A stretch of 64,000 bases of DNA from Candidatus Moanibacter sp. (GCA_965215885.1 CBDCEW010000078.1:1-64000); one strand, 5' to 3'. Positions 1 to 10,555 are shown, counted from the first letter of the stretch. Notes: generated by a model from the letters alone, not told the origin. Program-made: numbers and translations.

Positions 1-2
1 GC

Positions 3-1636
3 CAGATTTTGAGCGGCAACGAGGGGATCCGCGGCCAGGATCTCCCCTACGAAGATTTCGGGGCAGTCGGAAGGCAGCCGAATAACGCCATGTGGCGGCG
101 CTGGTACCTGGCTGACTCCATCGACGACTTGCCCCTTGCGAGGCCCACGGACTATGACCTGTTTTTGACTGGCGATAAACCCGTTCTTTGGTGGGACCCG
201 AACGCCACCGCCGTGGATCCCACTACGGGAGTAGAGGGTCCTTGGAGTCGTACCAATTCTTTCGGAGAGGAAGTGACTATAACGGAAGGCGCCTATGTGG
301 AGGGCGGCCAGTTTCATCTGGAAGAACAGTTTACCGGTGGGTCGATTACCCGGAACGAAGTGGAGTCCACGGCAGCCGTGGTCCAAAGCTTTTGGTTCAA
401 GAAAGGGGATGGAGACGACCACTTTGTCGTGTCCACCTTTGGCTTTCGCAACGATGAATTCGTCGGCTTTGCGAAAAATAGAATCCTGGATAGTTTGGGA
501 TTTCCTGAACTTGATCGTAGAGTCTGGACCTTCGACTCGACCCCCACCGCCACGGTGGGAGGCGACACCTTTACCCTCGGGATCGTCGGTCACGTCCTCC
601 CGTGGGCGAGCGTGCATTACAGCGACTCGGAAAACTTCGAGGCAGCGGGAGTTCGCACCTCGGGTACAGGGGTGACCCTGGGCGTCCCCACAGGCGAGAC
701 CGAGGAGTACGGATTCAGCCTCAAACTTTTGAAAGGCAAGCTCTACGCGAAGGTGAACTGGTATGAAACGAACCAAATAAATGCCAGCGACAGCGGGGGC
801 CTCTTCCGGTGGCGCATCCCCGGCGTGGAAAACAGGTTCTTCAGGAGTTGAGGAGTATTGGCCGTCTGGACTTGTGGACCGACCCCAATTTCGGCTACGG
901 GTTGAACCTGGACGACGGTGAAATGTCCTCAGGGTCGGGAAATATCCCCGGACTGACAGACGTTGCCAACTCGACAACCAGCGGCATGGAAATCGAGGTG
1001 GTCGTCAACCCCTATCCGAACTGGCGGGTGATGTTCAACGTGGGGCAGTCGAAGGCCTTCCTCAAGAACCGCCAGTTTTATACCGCGCAATACGTCGAAG
1101 AGCGCACCCCGGCCTGGTCACAGTTTTGGGATATGCCGTCTACCGGGATTTGTACTCTTAATTGGGGGCCGACGTTAAAGGACTGTTATAACGGTTTGCT
1201 CGGGAGTGTTCTTGCCGGGAACCTTCTCTTCGAGGGTAGGCCGACCCAGCAGTTGCGCGAATGGCGCTGGAACTTCCTCACCACCTATGATTTCCAGGAG
1301 GGATTCTTAAAGAACGTCAGCCTGGGCGGGGCCGGACGGTGGGAGCAGGGCGCGAAAATCGGCAACCCGGTCATCTTTACCGCTGACGGCACCCCGACCG
1401 CGGACCTGGACAATCCCTACAGCGGACCGGAGCGATTCAACTTCGACTTCTGGGTCGCCTACCAACGGAAAATCTTCGATGGCAGGATGAACTGGAAGAT
1501 CCAGCTAAACGTGCGAAACGCCTTCTCTGATAATAACAGCACCTACCCGACTCACGCGCAGCCGGACGGGACTCTTCAGCTAATAGCGATTAACGAGCCT
1601 CCGGAGTTCTTCGTCACGAACACGATTTCATTCTAA
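3..1636 (+). CDS. TonB-dependent outer membrane receptor, C-terminal part (5'-truncated by window; 1-nt frameshift near 825-835)
   Basis: ORFs 9..851 and 809..1636 join into one beta-barrel protein if GTGGAAAACAGG has one more A (..IPGVEKQVLQELR..). Motifs GMEIEVVVNP, WRWNFLTTYDF, WKIQLNVRN and the terminal aromatic (..TNTISF) are typical of Opitutae TBDRs. The frame is open from the window start. Confidence 0.85.
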
Positions 1637-1693
1637 GGGCAGGAGCTTTCCTGGAGTGAATGAACTAAATTAGGCTCAGATAAGCATTTAATT

Positions 1694-1730
1694 AGAAGAG
1701 CCGCATCTTGCAAAGAGATGCGGCTTTTCT
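1694..1730 (+). terminator. Rho-independent terminator after the TBDR
   Basis: AGAAGAGCCGCATCT-7 nt loop-AGATGCGGCTTTTCT followed by a T-rich tail. Confidence 0.8.
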
Positions 1731-1786
1731 GTTTCTAAGTTAACACGGGTATGGAAAAGAAAACCACAGATTACCTGGCGCAGCGA

Positions 1787-1834
1787 AGCCGCCCCGCGAC
1801 AGGCTCGGGGCCCTGAGGCTCTCGAAGGGGCAAC
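1787..1834. repeat. REP-like palindromic element, copy 1 (copy 2 at 41974-42021)
   Basis: AGCCGCCCCGCGACAGGCTCGGGGCCCTGAGGCTCTCGAAGGGGCAAC; 47/48 identical to 41974-42021. Confidence 0.85.
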
Positions 1835-1943
1835 CAAAACAAAGGCAGGAATAGAAATGAAACCGCGGATTACACTGATTGCACGGATAAGGGGAACCAT
1901 CGAGGTCCCGGTTTGCCGGAAGAGAGACCTGGAGACGCAACCG

Positions 1944-2256
1944 AACCTTTGTCGTCAGCTTTGTCGCGAGCTTCGTCGTCAACTTGGTCGCCATTTCATC
2001 TTGCTCTCTCGAGGAGGCCTACGATGAAGATTAGAGGGAGCTTCTCTGCCCGTCAGGGAACCTTTGTCGGCAGCTTTGTCGCCGTTTTCGGCTGATCATT
2101 CGACTAAGTTTGCGACGAAGCTTACGATTAAGATTGGACGGAGCCTCTATTACCCGTAAGGGAATCTTCGTCGGCAGCTTCGTCGGCAACTTTGTGGCGG
2201 TTTTCGGCTGATTTTTCGACAAAGCTTACGACGAAGATTACGATGAAGTTTGGAAG
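1944..2256 (+). repeat. Array of three 12-bp-unit hairpin elements
   Basis: (CTTYGTCGNNAR)n - ~20 nt loop - (CGAYDAAGNTTR)n - TGGAGGGAG-like linker, repeated three times at roughly 105-115 bp spacing. Confidence 0.85.
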
Positions 2257-2286
2257 GTAAAAACAGGGTTGTTCAACAACTGACGC

Positions 2287-2468
2287 CTAGCCCGAACATT
2301 TCACACACTTCGTAGCGAGACCGCGTAGATTGCTGCATATCAGAGCCTTTCCGCAGCACGGCGGGCGACAGCGTGTTAAGACCCTCTGCGGTCGCCGGGC
2401 AAGGGAAGGGTTTGAGATGCAGTGATATCCGCGACCGCAGCAGGAGATTTGTGAAATATTCGGGCTAG
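2287..2468. mobile_element. 182-bp MITE-like hairpin element with CTAG ends, copy 1
   Basis: Terminal inverted repeats CTAGCCCGAACATTTCACA / TGTGAAATATTCGGGCTAG; same-length homolog at 43531-43712. Confidence 0.75.
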
Positions 2469-2656
2469 AACGCAATTCATTGAACACCGGCAACTCCAGA
2501 GAAAAACTTGCTCGAAAAACAATAGATGGAAGGATCGTAGTACGGGCGGAGAGAGTGCGCAGCGGATTAAAGAAAGGCAACCGTTTATTATTTGCGGAAA
2601 AGAGATTTTTTCTTAAGATAACAAGCCTTGTCGAGTTAGTAGCAGCGAGAAGGAGA

Positions 2657-5239
2657 ATGGACTCAACCCCCCCAGCGCACCAGATGACAACCCTCCTTCC
2701 GTCTACGTTTCGCTTCACCGAGACGAGTCGGAGGACGCTCCGGCCGCAGGTGACCGGCACCATTGGAGGATGTCTCACGCGCATCATCCCCGTTCTAGCC
2801 GCGCTCTTCCTGGCATGCGCAGTCTGCCGAGCGCAGCCAGTCACCTTCGAAGATGTCACTGATTCGATGGGCGTCTCCTACCGGCAAAAGGACGAACTGG
2901 TGTTTATCTTTCAAGTTTCCATGACGGGCGGAGCGGCGGCGGGCGATTACGACCGGGACGGTTGGGTAGACCTCTTTGTCACGCGGCATGACGATCCCCC
3001 GATTCTTTTCAAGAACGAACAGGGAGTACGTTTTGTCGACGTGACCGAAGCCGCGGGGTTGTCGGCCGCACAGCCCACCGGCTCCAACGGGGCGGCATGG
3101 GGAGACGTCGATAATGACGGAGATCTCGACCTTTACGTAACGGCTTACAATTCGCTGCGCTATTTCCTCTATATAAACGACGGCAACGGGAATTTCACGG
3201 AAGAGGGCAACGCGCGGGGAGCTTCCCTGGCGAGCGATGACCCTCACTACGGCCAGAGCGCGGCGTTCGGAGACTATGACCGGGACGGGTTTCTCGACAT
3301 CCACGTAACGGAGTGGCGCGTCGATGTTTTTACTCAGAATCCGAACGGCACGCCGTCACATAATCGCCTCCTGAGAAACCTGGGCGCGGCGAACCCGGGG
3401 CACTTTACCGACGTCACGGAGGAGGCAGGGGTTACGGTAGACCATATAGAGGGCGACGGAGGGCCCGGCAGTTGGGGCTTCACGTCCCGTTTCTCCGACC
3501 TCGACGGCGACGGCTGGCCCGACCTCGCGATTGCGGCGGATTGGGAGGAGAGTGTGCTTTTCTGGAACAACGGCGACGGCACCTTCAGCGACGGCACCCT
3601 GGAGGCCGGAGTGAGCAAAGAGGACAATGGGATGGGCGCCACGACGGCGGATTTCAATGGCGACGGGTTGATGGACTGGTTTGTCACCTCCATTTTTCGG
3701 GTGGGATACCCTCCCCACACCGGAAACCGGATGTATTTTAACAATGGTGACCGGACTTTCAGCGACGCGACCGATTCGGCGGATGTGCGCAACGGGTTCT
3801 TCGGCTGGGGCACATCCGCCCTCGATTACGACAATGACGGAGACCAGGACCTCGTGGAAACGAACGGCTTCTACCCCTCCGATAGCCCCGAAGCAGTGCG
3901 TTATGCGGCAACACCGCTCCGACTCTGGGAAAATTCCGGAAGCGGTTCTTTCTCGGAAATCTCTGCCAACGTAGGGCTGACAAACTATCTTCAGGGCCGG
4001 GGCATTCTCACCTTCGATTATGATCGCGATGGCGATCTCGACATTTTCGTGGTCAACCATGTCTACCGACCCGTCCTCTACCGCAACGACGGGGGAAACG
4101 CCAAGGCGTGGCTGCGGATCAGGACGATCGGCACCCTCTCCAATCGCGACGGCATCGGCGCCTTTATAAAAGTGATTCCGGACTCGTCCTCTCCGGACTC
4201 GTTTCAGGTGCAGGAGGTCAGCGGTGGGAGTAACTTTCTGAGCCAGAACGAGATGACCGCGCACTTCGGTCTGGGCAATCATGAGGGTGCGGTCGACCTT
4301 ATTGAAATCTACTGGCCCAGCGGCGTCGTGCAGGAAATCGAAGGGGTTGCTACAAATACGGTAGTGGAAGCGGTTGAGCCGGGCGGCTCCAACCTTCTCG
4401 TTTCGGGCTCGGCGAAGTTGGTCAATGACGGCACCCTGTTTCAAGGAAACTCCTATAACGGTTTCGAAATGACAGGGGCCAATGCCGCCTTTTCGTCCCT
4501 TGCCGGCGAGATTACCCGGGTATCCTTTCTCGATCCCGATGGGGATCTGAGCTTTGCGGAGTTTGGCAGCAACGATCCGGCCACGCTGCTTACGATTGAG
4601 CTCTCGGGGTTTCGCGCCCAGGTCCCCTCACCCTATAACCAACCGGGGACGACCTACGTGCAGGGGCTCGCCTCTATTACGATCGAGAATGCAAATGAAG
4701 CGACCTACTTCTCGATCTTCTCGCTCGGCAATGATCCGAATCGGGTGGATGGATCACTGATCAAGAGCACGACTTTTTCGGGAACCGTTGACGGCGTCGC
4801 CGATGTGCGGTCGATCACGGTGGTCGATTTGGGGAACGGGACGACCCGAATGGGTGGGATCAACGCGGCCAACGCCAATTTCACTGGAACATCGGGGATC
4901 ATCGGCATCGCGGCCGAGGGCGTTCGCTTCAGCGCGTGGCTTTACCTGTGCAATATAATACCCTCCGGTACCGCCCAACCCTGGCTGCGGATCAGGCCGG
5001 CGTCGAGTATCCCGGAGATTCGCATCACCGGGGGCGATCTGGCAGCGGCGGTATCCGATTATAGGGTCGACACCAACGGCATATCCTATCTTTTTCCCAT
5101 CCGCGCCACGGACGGTCAGCGATCGATCAGCAACAGCCCCCTGAGGTCAGATCTGGGCGACGGCGTCCTGCCCCCCGTGAGGGATACCTTCGTCTCGAAT
5201 ATCAACACCTATTTCCTGAGTTCGCAACAGGTGGAGTAA
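2657..5239 (+). CDS. CRTAC1-like FG-GAP/ASPIC-UnbV protein with C-terminal Opitutus-type surface domain
   Basis: Multiple DxDxDGxxD repeats, ASPIC/UnbV motif (SNRDGIGA..GGSNFLSQ..HFGLG..WPSG), signal-like segment (IIPVLAALFLACAVCRA). Start uncertain (2657 or 2684 preferred over track 2480). Confidence 0.85.
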   Translation: MDSTPPAHQMTTLLPSTFRFTETSRRTLRPQVTGTIGGCLTRIIPVLAALFLACAVCRAQPVTFEDVTDSMGVSYRQKDELVFIFQVSMTGGAAAGDYDRDGWVDLFVTRHDDPPILFKNEQGVRFVDVTEAAGLSAAQPTGSNGAAWGDVDNDGDLDLYVTAYNSLRYFLYINDGNGNFTEEGNARGASLASDDPHYGQSAAFGDYDRDGFLDIHVTEWRVDVFTQNPNGTPSHNRLLRNLGAANPGHFTDVTEEAGVTVDHIEGDGGPGSWGFTSRFSDLDGDGWPDLAIAADWEESVLFWNNGDGTFSDGTLEAGVSKEDNGMGATTADFNGDGLMDWFVTSIFRVGYPPHTGNRMYFNNGDRTFSDATDSADVRNGFFGWGTSALDYDNDGDQDLVETNGFYPSDSPEAVRYAATPLRLWENSGSGSFSEISANVGLTNYLQGRGILTFDYDRDGDLDIFVVNHVYRPVLYRNDGGNAKAWLRIRTIGTLSNRDGIGAFIKVIPDSSSPDSFQVQEVSGGSNFLSQNEMTAHFGLGNHEGAVDLIEIYWPSGVVQEIEGVATNTVVEAVEPGGSNLLVSGSAKLVNDGTLFQGNSYNGFEMTGANAAFSSLAGEITRVSFLDPDGDLSFAEFGSNDPATLLTIELSGFRAQVPSPYNQPGTTYVQGLASITIENANEATYFSIFSLGNDPNRVDGSLIKSTTFSGTVDGVADVRSITVVDLGNGTTRMGGINAANANFTGTSGIIGIAAEGVRFSAWLYLCNIIPSGTAQPWLRIRPASSIPEIRITGGDLAAAVSDYRVDTNGISYLFPIRATDGQRSISNSPLRSDLGDGVLPPVRDTFVSNINTYFLSSQQVE

Positions 5240-5267
5240 CAGGGGTGGGGTGAGCTTCTCTCCCCGT

Positions 5268-5600
5268 GGGGAAATCTTCGTCGTCAACTTTGTCGCGAGC
5301 TTTGTCGGAATTTTCGGTGATCCTTCGATCAAGCTTACGACGAAGCTTACGATTAAGTTTGGAGGAGCGATTTTCCCCGCGAGGGAATCTCCCTGTCGTG
5401 CATCATAATCGTAATCCAAATTCGAAAGTAAGAATGAATCGACAAGGTTCGGGATGAGGTTCGCGACAAGGTTTCCCTCTCGGGTAGTCCGGCCTGAAAG
5501 GAATAGGAAACTTAACGGAGGAGCTCGATTCACTTCTGTTCAAACCTCGTCGCGAACCTTGTCGTCGACTTTGTCGCTCGAGTCACCAATTCATTCTTCC
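5268..5600 (+). repeat. 12-bp-unit hairpin elements plus ATCGTAATC-type repeat
   Basis: CTTCGTCGTCAA CTTTGTCGCGAG CTTTGTCG..CGATCAAGCTTA CGACGAAGCTTA CGATTAAGTTTGGAGGAG; 5515-5620 is nearly identical to 13690-13840. Confidence 0.85.
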
Positions 5601-5680
5601 ATCGTGATCTAAATTCGAAATTGAACCTTGCCCGCAGCGTCCCGCTCGGCGAGCTCACCATCGGCGATCCGGCTACCCTC

Positions 5681-5793
5681 GCGAAGATCGAAAAGCTACC
5701 GCTTTCCGCTACATACTTCGATCCGGAACGTAGCGGACAGCGGTAGCTTTTCGTCTTTCAGGATGCCCGAAGTTGCTGACTCGATCGACCCGG
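5681..5793. repeat. Hairpin element (AAAAGCTACCGCTTTCCGCTAC..GTAGCGGACAGCGGTAGCTTTT), copy 1; copy 2 at 10603-10723
   Basis: Long inverted repeat plus a shared asymmetric right flank GGATGCCCGAAGTTGCWGACTCGATCGACCCGG. Confidence 0.8.
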
Positions 5794-5866
5794 GCGAGCA
5801 ACACTCTATCGTTTCCACCCGGTTTAATCTCGATGAGATCGACCGAAGGGTGGAGAGGCTGTAGTG

Positions 5867-5986
5867 CACACTTAGTCGCCACTCTTAGTCAATCACACTT
5901 AGTCCTTCCACTTAGTCGTTGACCTTGCTTAGAAAGACTAAGAGGCGAGACTAAGTGTTGCCGACGAAGTGTAGAGACTAAGTGTG
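5867..5986. repeat. Hairpin of four CACTTAGTC-like units facing four GACTAAGTG-like units
   Basis: Directly visible tandem units with ~13-14 bp period on each arm, in inverted orientation. Confidence 0.8.
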
Positions 5987-6160
5987 AATCGTCTCCTGAA
6001 CACTGCCGGAGGCCCTGAGCGGAGTCGATGGGAAACCTGCACGCCTCGGCGTAGCGTAGCGAAGACGGGACACCCGAAACCCATACTCTCATGTCAACTC
6101 TTCATTCGGATTGGACAGAATGCCTTCGCAAATCCACGCATTATCTGTTGCCCTTGATTC

Positions 6161-8095
6161 GTGGTTTCAATTAAGCACGCCCCCGTCCGGAGCGGCCTAG
6201 TGGCGGCAGCGGCCGCCGTTCTGCTTCTTTTCCTCTATCCCCGAAATTCCAAAGGTCCACCTGTCACCTTTGAACCGCAACCACTCCCGCCGGATCTTCT
6301 GCGCAAAGAGGCCCCCATGCTGGAGAAGCTGGTTTCCGAGGGAAAGCTGCCGCCGCTGGAGGAGCGCCTGCCGAGAAACCCCGCCGTAGTTGAGCCGGTG
6401 AATGAGCCGGGCCGCTACGGCGGCGTCTGGCGCAGGCACACGATCGGCGCCGACCGGGCCGGGATGTCGCGGCTTATCTATGATCCCGCTATGCGCTGGT
6501 CCGCGGACGGGACCGAGATCAAGCCCAATCTCTGCTGGAAGTACGAGGTATCCGATGACCACAGGGTTTTTACCTTCTTTCTTCGGGAAGGGGTGCGGTG
6601 GTCCGATGGACATCCCATGACGAGCGAAGATGTGCGTTTCTGGTTGGAAGATTTCATTCTCAATCCGGAATTGAATCCTCTGGTGCCGACATGGATGCAG
6701 ATCCAGGGCGAAGCCCCGAAGATCGATATTCAGGGCCCCTATCGTTTCCGATTCGTCTTTCCCCAACCCTACGGTCTGTTCCTGGAACGGGCAGCCTGGC
6801 AGGGAGAAATGTGGATGCCCAGGCACCACCTTGAACAGTTTCACGAGAAGTACGTCCCAAAAGCAGAGCTCGCCGCCAAAGTGGAGGCGGCCGGTTTTGA
6901 TACCTGGTATCAACTCTTTTTGGACAAGGCTCGCTGGTGGAGCAACCATGAGCTCCCGATGATTACGGCCTGGGTCATCAAGTCTGACTGGAACCGCCAG
7001 CACAAGGTCTTTGAACGCAACCCCTACTACTGGAAAGTGGACACCAAAGGACGACAATTGCCTTACATCGACCGGGTAACCCACGAAACCTTTCAGAATC
7101 GGGAAACCCTTGTTCTCAACTTCGTGGGCGGCGACATCCTCGTGCAGATGCGTTACGTGTTGCCCAATGACTTACCCCTCTTTGAGGCGCCCATCAGGGA
7201 TGGAACAATGGAAATCTACAACTGGATAGCCACCGGCGGTCAGGCCCTCGGCATCCAGCTGAACCAGTCCTACACCGGCGACGACGACTTCGCCCGCGAG
7301 TTCCTCAGAGAGAAAAAGTTCCGTTGGGCACTCTCCTATGCGCTCAATCGTGAAGAGATCAGCGAGCTGTTTCACTTTGGAAGGGGGAAGCCCCGGCAGC
7401 CGGGGCCGCTCGAACAGTCACCCTACTTCGAACATGGGCAGCGCTACGTCCACACCGCTCTCGAATACGACCTGGCAAAGGCGAATCGGCTCCTCGATGA
7501 ACTCGGCTTGACCCGGCGGGGCCCGCGCGGATTCCGGCTTCGGCCCGACAGTAAACCTGTCGCCTTGACCATAGACCACAGCCCTACCTATGAAACATCG
7601 CAAAAGGCGGAATACATTAACCAGAAGTGTCTCGCGCCCCTGGGGATAAAGGGCATTCTCAAGCCCTTCACAGGGCAACGGGGCTATGCGGGGTTGGCCA
7701 TGATCTTGCTGGGCGGCTCAGGAGGACGCATGCAGGAGCTGATATCGCCCTCCTTCATTCCCACTTTTCGTCACCTCTACTGGGCGACCCAGTACGGCCT
7801 CTGGTACGAAAGTAACGGACGGCAGGGCTGGAGACCGCCCGGGGATATAGCGAGGATGCACGAGATTTACGACCGGATAAAGGCCTGTCCCGACAAGCAG
7901 CAGCGCTACGCAATGATGGGCGAGATCTGGGAGATTCACGCCGAAAACCTCTGGGTCATCGGAAGCCTGGGCGAACTACCTCAAGTGGTTCTGGTCCACC
8001 GTCGCGCCGGCAATGTCCCCCGCTACGTCGTCGCGGACTGGGTTTTCAAGACCCCCGGAAACGCTCATCCGGAACAGTTTTATTGTAAGTGGTGA
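6161..8095 (+). CDS. ABC transporter solute-binding protein, family 5 (paralog 1)
   Basis: EAPML..GKLPPLEERLPRNPAVV..GRYGG, LREGVRWSDG, ERNPYYWKVD..GRQLPYID signatures; N-terminal hydrophobic anchor. Confidence 0.92.
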   Translation: MVSIKHAPVRSGLVAAAAAVLLLFLYPRNSKGPPVTFEPQPLPPDLLRKEAPMLEKLVSEGKLPPLEERLPRNPAVVEPVNEPGRYGGVWRRHTIGADRAGMSRLIYDPAMRWSADGTEIKPNLCWKYEVSDDHRVFTFFLREGVRWSDGHPMTSEDVRFWLEDFILNPELNPLVPTWMQIQGEAPKIDIQGPYRFRFVFPQPYGLFLERAAWQGEMWMPRHHLEQFHEKYVPKAELAAKVEAAGFDTWYQLFLDKARWWSNHELPMITAWVIKSDWNRQHKVFERNPYYWKVDTKGRQLPYIDRVTHETFQNRETLVLNFVGGDILVQMRYVLPNDLPLFEAPIRDGTMEIYNWIATGGQALGIQLNQSYTGDDDFAREFLREKKFRWALSYALNREEISELFHFGRGKPRQPGPLEQSPYFEHGQRYVHTALEYDLAKANRLLDELGLTRRGPRGFRLRPDSKPVALTIDHSPTYETSQKAEYINQKCLAPLGIKGILKPFTGQRGYAGLAMILLGGSGGRMQELISPSFIPTFRHLYWATQYGLWYESNGRQGWRPPGDIARMHEIYDRIKACPDKQQRYAMMGEIWEIHAENLWVIGSLGELPQVVLVHRRAGNVPRYVVADWVFKTPGNAHPEQFYCKW

Positions 8096-8163
8096 GTCAC
8101 CATGGGAGCTTGGACACCCCATCAATCTTTCATCGTGCACCATAATCGTAATCTAAATTCGAA

Positions 8164-8262
8164 AGGGAAACTTCGTCGTCAGCTTTGTCGCGAGCTTCGT
8201 CGTTTTCGGTCTCTCTTTCGATCAAGTTTACGACGAAGCTTACGATTAAGTTTGGGAGGGAA
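8164..8262 (+). repeat. 12-bp-unit hairpin element
   Basis: CTTCGTCGTCAG CTTTGTCGCGAG CTTCGTCG..CGATCAAGTTTA CGACGAAGCTTA CGATTAAGTTTGGGAGGGAA. Confidence 0.85.
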
Positions 8263-8368
8263 TTCTCAGTGGTTTCTCCTATCATCCACCGTAACGGTCT
8301 GTCAAGCCGGTCAACTTCCAATACAAAATGCTTTCGCCATTCCATGCATTATCTGTTGCCCTTAGTTC

Positions 8369-10330
8369 GTGGTTCCAATCATCAGGAAATTACAAATCGG
8401 TTTCGCCGTTAGCCCGAAAATCTGTAGGATTTTCGGGCTGGCATTCGCCGCCGTCCTCCTTCTCTTCCTTTTTCGCCATAATACCGAAGATCCACCTATC
8501 ACCTTTGAACCACGGCCGCTCCCGCCGGATCTGGAGCGCAAAGAGGCACCGATGCTCGAAGAACTGGTCTCGCAGGGCAAGCTGCCGCCGCTGAAGGAGA
8601 GGCTGCCGAGAAACCCCGCTGTAGTCCAGCCGGTGAATGAGCCGGGGCGCTACGGCGGCGTCTGGCGCAGGCACACACTTGGCCTCGACCGGGCCGGCAT
8701 GTCGCGGCTTATCTATGATCCCGCTCTGCGCTGGTCGGCGGACGGAACCGAGATCAAACCCAATCTCTGCTGGAAGTACGAGGTCTCCGATGACCACAGG
8801 ATTTTCACCTTTTTTCTTCGGGAAGGGGTGCGGTGGTCTGACGGACATCCCATGACGAGTGAAGATGTTCGCTTCTGGTGGGAGGATTTCATCCTCAACC
8901 AAGAACTGAATCCTATTGTTCCGACATGGATGCAGATCCAGGGCGAAGCCCCGAAGCTCGAGATTCCGGGCCCCTACCGTTTCCGGTTCATCTTTCCCCA
9001 TCCTTACGGTCTCTTCCTCGAACGGGCAGCCTGGCAGGGCGAAATGTGGTTGCCCAGGCACCACCTTGAGCAGTTTCACGAGAAATACACCCCTCGCGCA
9101 GAGCTCACCGCCAAAGTGGAGGCGACCGGTTTTGGCACCTGGTATCAGCTCTTCCTGGACAAGGTTCGCTGGTGGAGCAACCACGAACTCCCTATGATTG
9201 CGGCCTGGCACATCAAGCATGACTGGAACCGCTCGCACAAGGTTTTTGAGCGTAACCCCTACTACTGGAAGGTGGATACACTCGGACGCCAACTGCCATA
9301 CATCGACCACGTGACCCACCAGACCTTTCAGAACCGGGAAACCCTCCTTCTCAATTTCGTGGCCGGCGACATCCTCGTACAGATGCGCTACGTGACGGCT
9401 GATGACTTACCCCTTTTTGAGGCGCCCATCAGGGATGGGACGATAGAAGTCTACACCTGGATAGCGACCGGCAATCATGCCATGGGCGTGCAGTTCAACC
9501 AGACCTACACCGGTGACGATGACTTCGCCCGTGAACTCCTCCGAGAAAAAAAGTTTCACCGGGCGCTTTCTCATGCGCTTAACCGTGAAGAGATCAGCCG
9601 GCTTTTTCATTATGGCAGGGGGACACCCCGGCAACCCGGGCCGATCGAACAGTCACCCTACTTCGAAGGTGGGAGGCGCTACGTCCATACCGCTCTCGAA
9701 TACGACCTGGCAAAGGCGAATCGGCTTCTCGATGAACTCGGCTTGACCCGGCGGGACCGGGACGGTTTCCGCCTTCGGCCCGACGGCGAACCTGTCGCCC
9801 TAACCGTCGATTACAGCCCCACCTATGAAAAGTCGCTCCAGGCTGAATACTTTAACCAGAAGTGTCTCGCGCCCCTGGGCATAAAGGGCATTCACAAGCC
9901 TTTCAGCGGGCAGCGGGGCTATGCAGGGTTAGCCATGATTTTGCTGGGGGGCTCCGGGGGACGCATGCAGGAGCTGATCTCGCCCTCTTTCATTCCGACT
10001 TTTCGCCACCTCTACTGGGCCACTCAGTACGGCCTCTGGTACGAAAGTAACGGACGCCAGGGCTGGAGACCGCCTGACGATATCGCGCGGATGCACGAGA
10101 TTTATGACCGAATAAAGGCCTCTCCCGACAGGTATGAGCGCTACGAATTAATGGGCGAGATCTGGGACCTGCACGCCGAGAACCTCTGGTACATCGGAAG
10201 CGTGGGCGAACTTCCTCAAGTGGTCCTCGTCCACCGTCGCGCCGGCAATGTCCCCCGCTACGCCGTCGCCGACTGGGTATTCAAGTCCCCCGGAAACGCT
10301 CATCCGGAACAGTTTTATTGTAAGTGGTGA
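8369..10330 (+). CDS. ABC transporter solute-binding protein, family 5 (paralog 2)
   Basis: Same signatures as paralog 1; colinear and highly similar; identical C-terminus PGNAHPEQFYCKW. Confidence 0.92.
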   Translation: MVPIIRKLQIGFAVSPKICRIFGLAFAAVLLLFLFRHNTEDPPITFEPRPLPPDLERKEAPMLEELVSQGKLPPLKERLPRNPAVVQPVNEPGRYGGVWRRHTLGLDRAGMSRLIYDPALRWSADGTEIKPNLCWKYEVSDDHRIFTFFLREGVRWSDGHPMTSEDVRFWWEDFILNQELNPIVPTWMQIQGEAPKLEIPGPYRFRFIFPHPYGLFLERAAWQGEMWLPRHHLEQFHEKYTPRAELTAKVEATGFGTWYQLFLDKVRWWSNHELPMIAAWHIKHDWNRSHKVFERNPYYWKVDTLGRQLPYIDHVTHQTFQNRETLLLNFVAGDILVQMRYVTADDLPLFEAPIRDGTIEVYTWIATGNHAMGVQFNQTYTGDDDFARELLREKKFHRALSHALNREEISRLFHYGRGTPRQPGPIEQSPYFEGGRRYVHTALEYDLAKANRLLDELGLTRRDRDGFRLRPDGEPVALTVDYSPTYEKSLQAEYFNQKCLAPLGIKGIHKPFSGQRGYAGLAMILLGGSGGRMQELISPSFIPTFRHLYWATQYGLWYESNGRQGWRPPDDIARMHEIYDRIKASPDRYERYELMGEIWDLHAENLWYIGSVGELPQVVLVHRRAGNVPRYAVADWVFKSPGNAHPEQFYCKW

Positions 10331-10475
10331 GTCACAATGGGAGCTTGGACACCCCATCAATCTTTAATCGTGCATCATAATCGTAATCGAATATCGAAGA
10401 AATAGAAGATCGACATAAGATCGCGGCTTGCCATGAGCCTGCCGAATGGATTGAGAGACACGACAAGAGAGTAAA

Positions 10476-10555
10476 GATCGCGGGATAAACTCCTACATCC
10501 GTGGCGGGTGTTCGATTGGAAATTCCAAGTGTAGGAGCGGGTTTATCCCGCGATC
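10476..10555. repeat. GTAG-type REP doublet (REPIN-like)
   Basis: GATCGCGGGATAAA(..)CTCCTAC - spacer - GTAGGAGCGGGTTTATCCCGCGATC; the left REP is shortened by 4 nt. Confidence 0.85.

Noticed and set aside
1740..2222. Short ORFs with TKLTTK/SLRRSLRLSL repeats (also near 5147-5533, 8102-8412, 13498-13906, 33701-33895)
   Set aside because: Translations of the 12-bp DNA repeats in several frames and both strands; no RBS or consistent frame.
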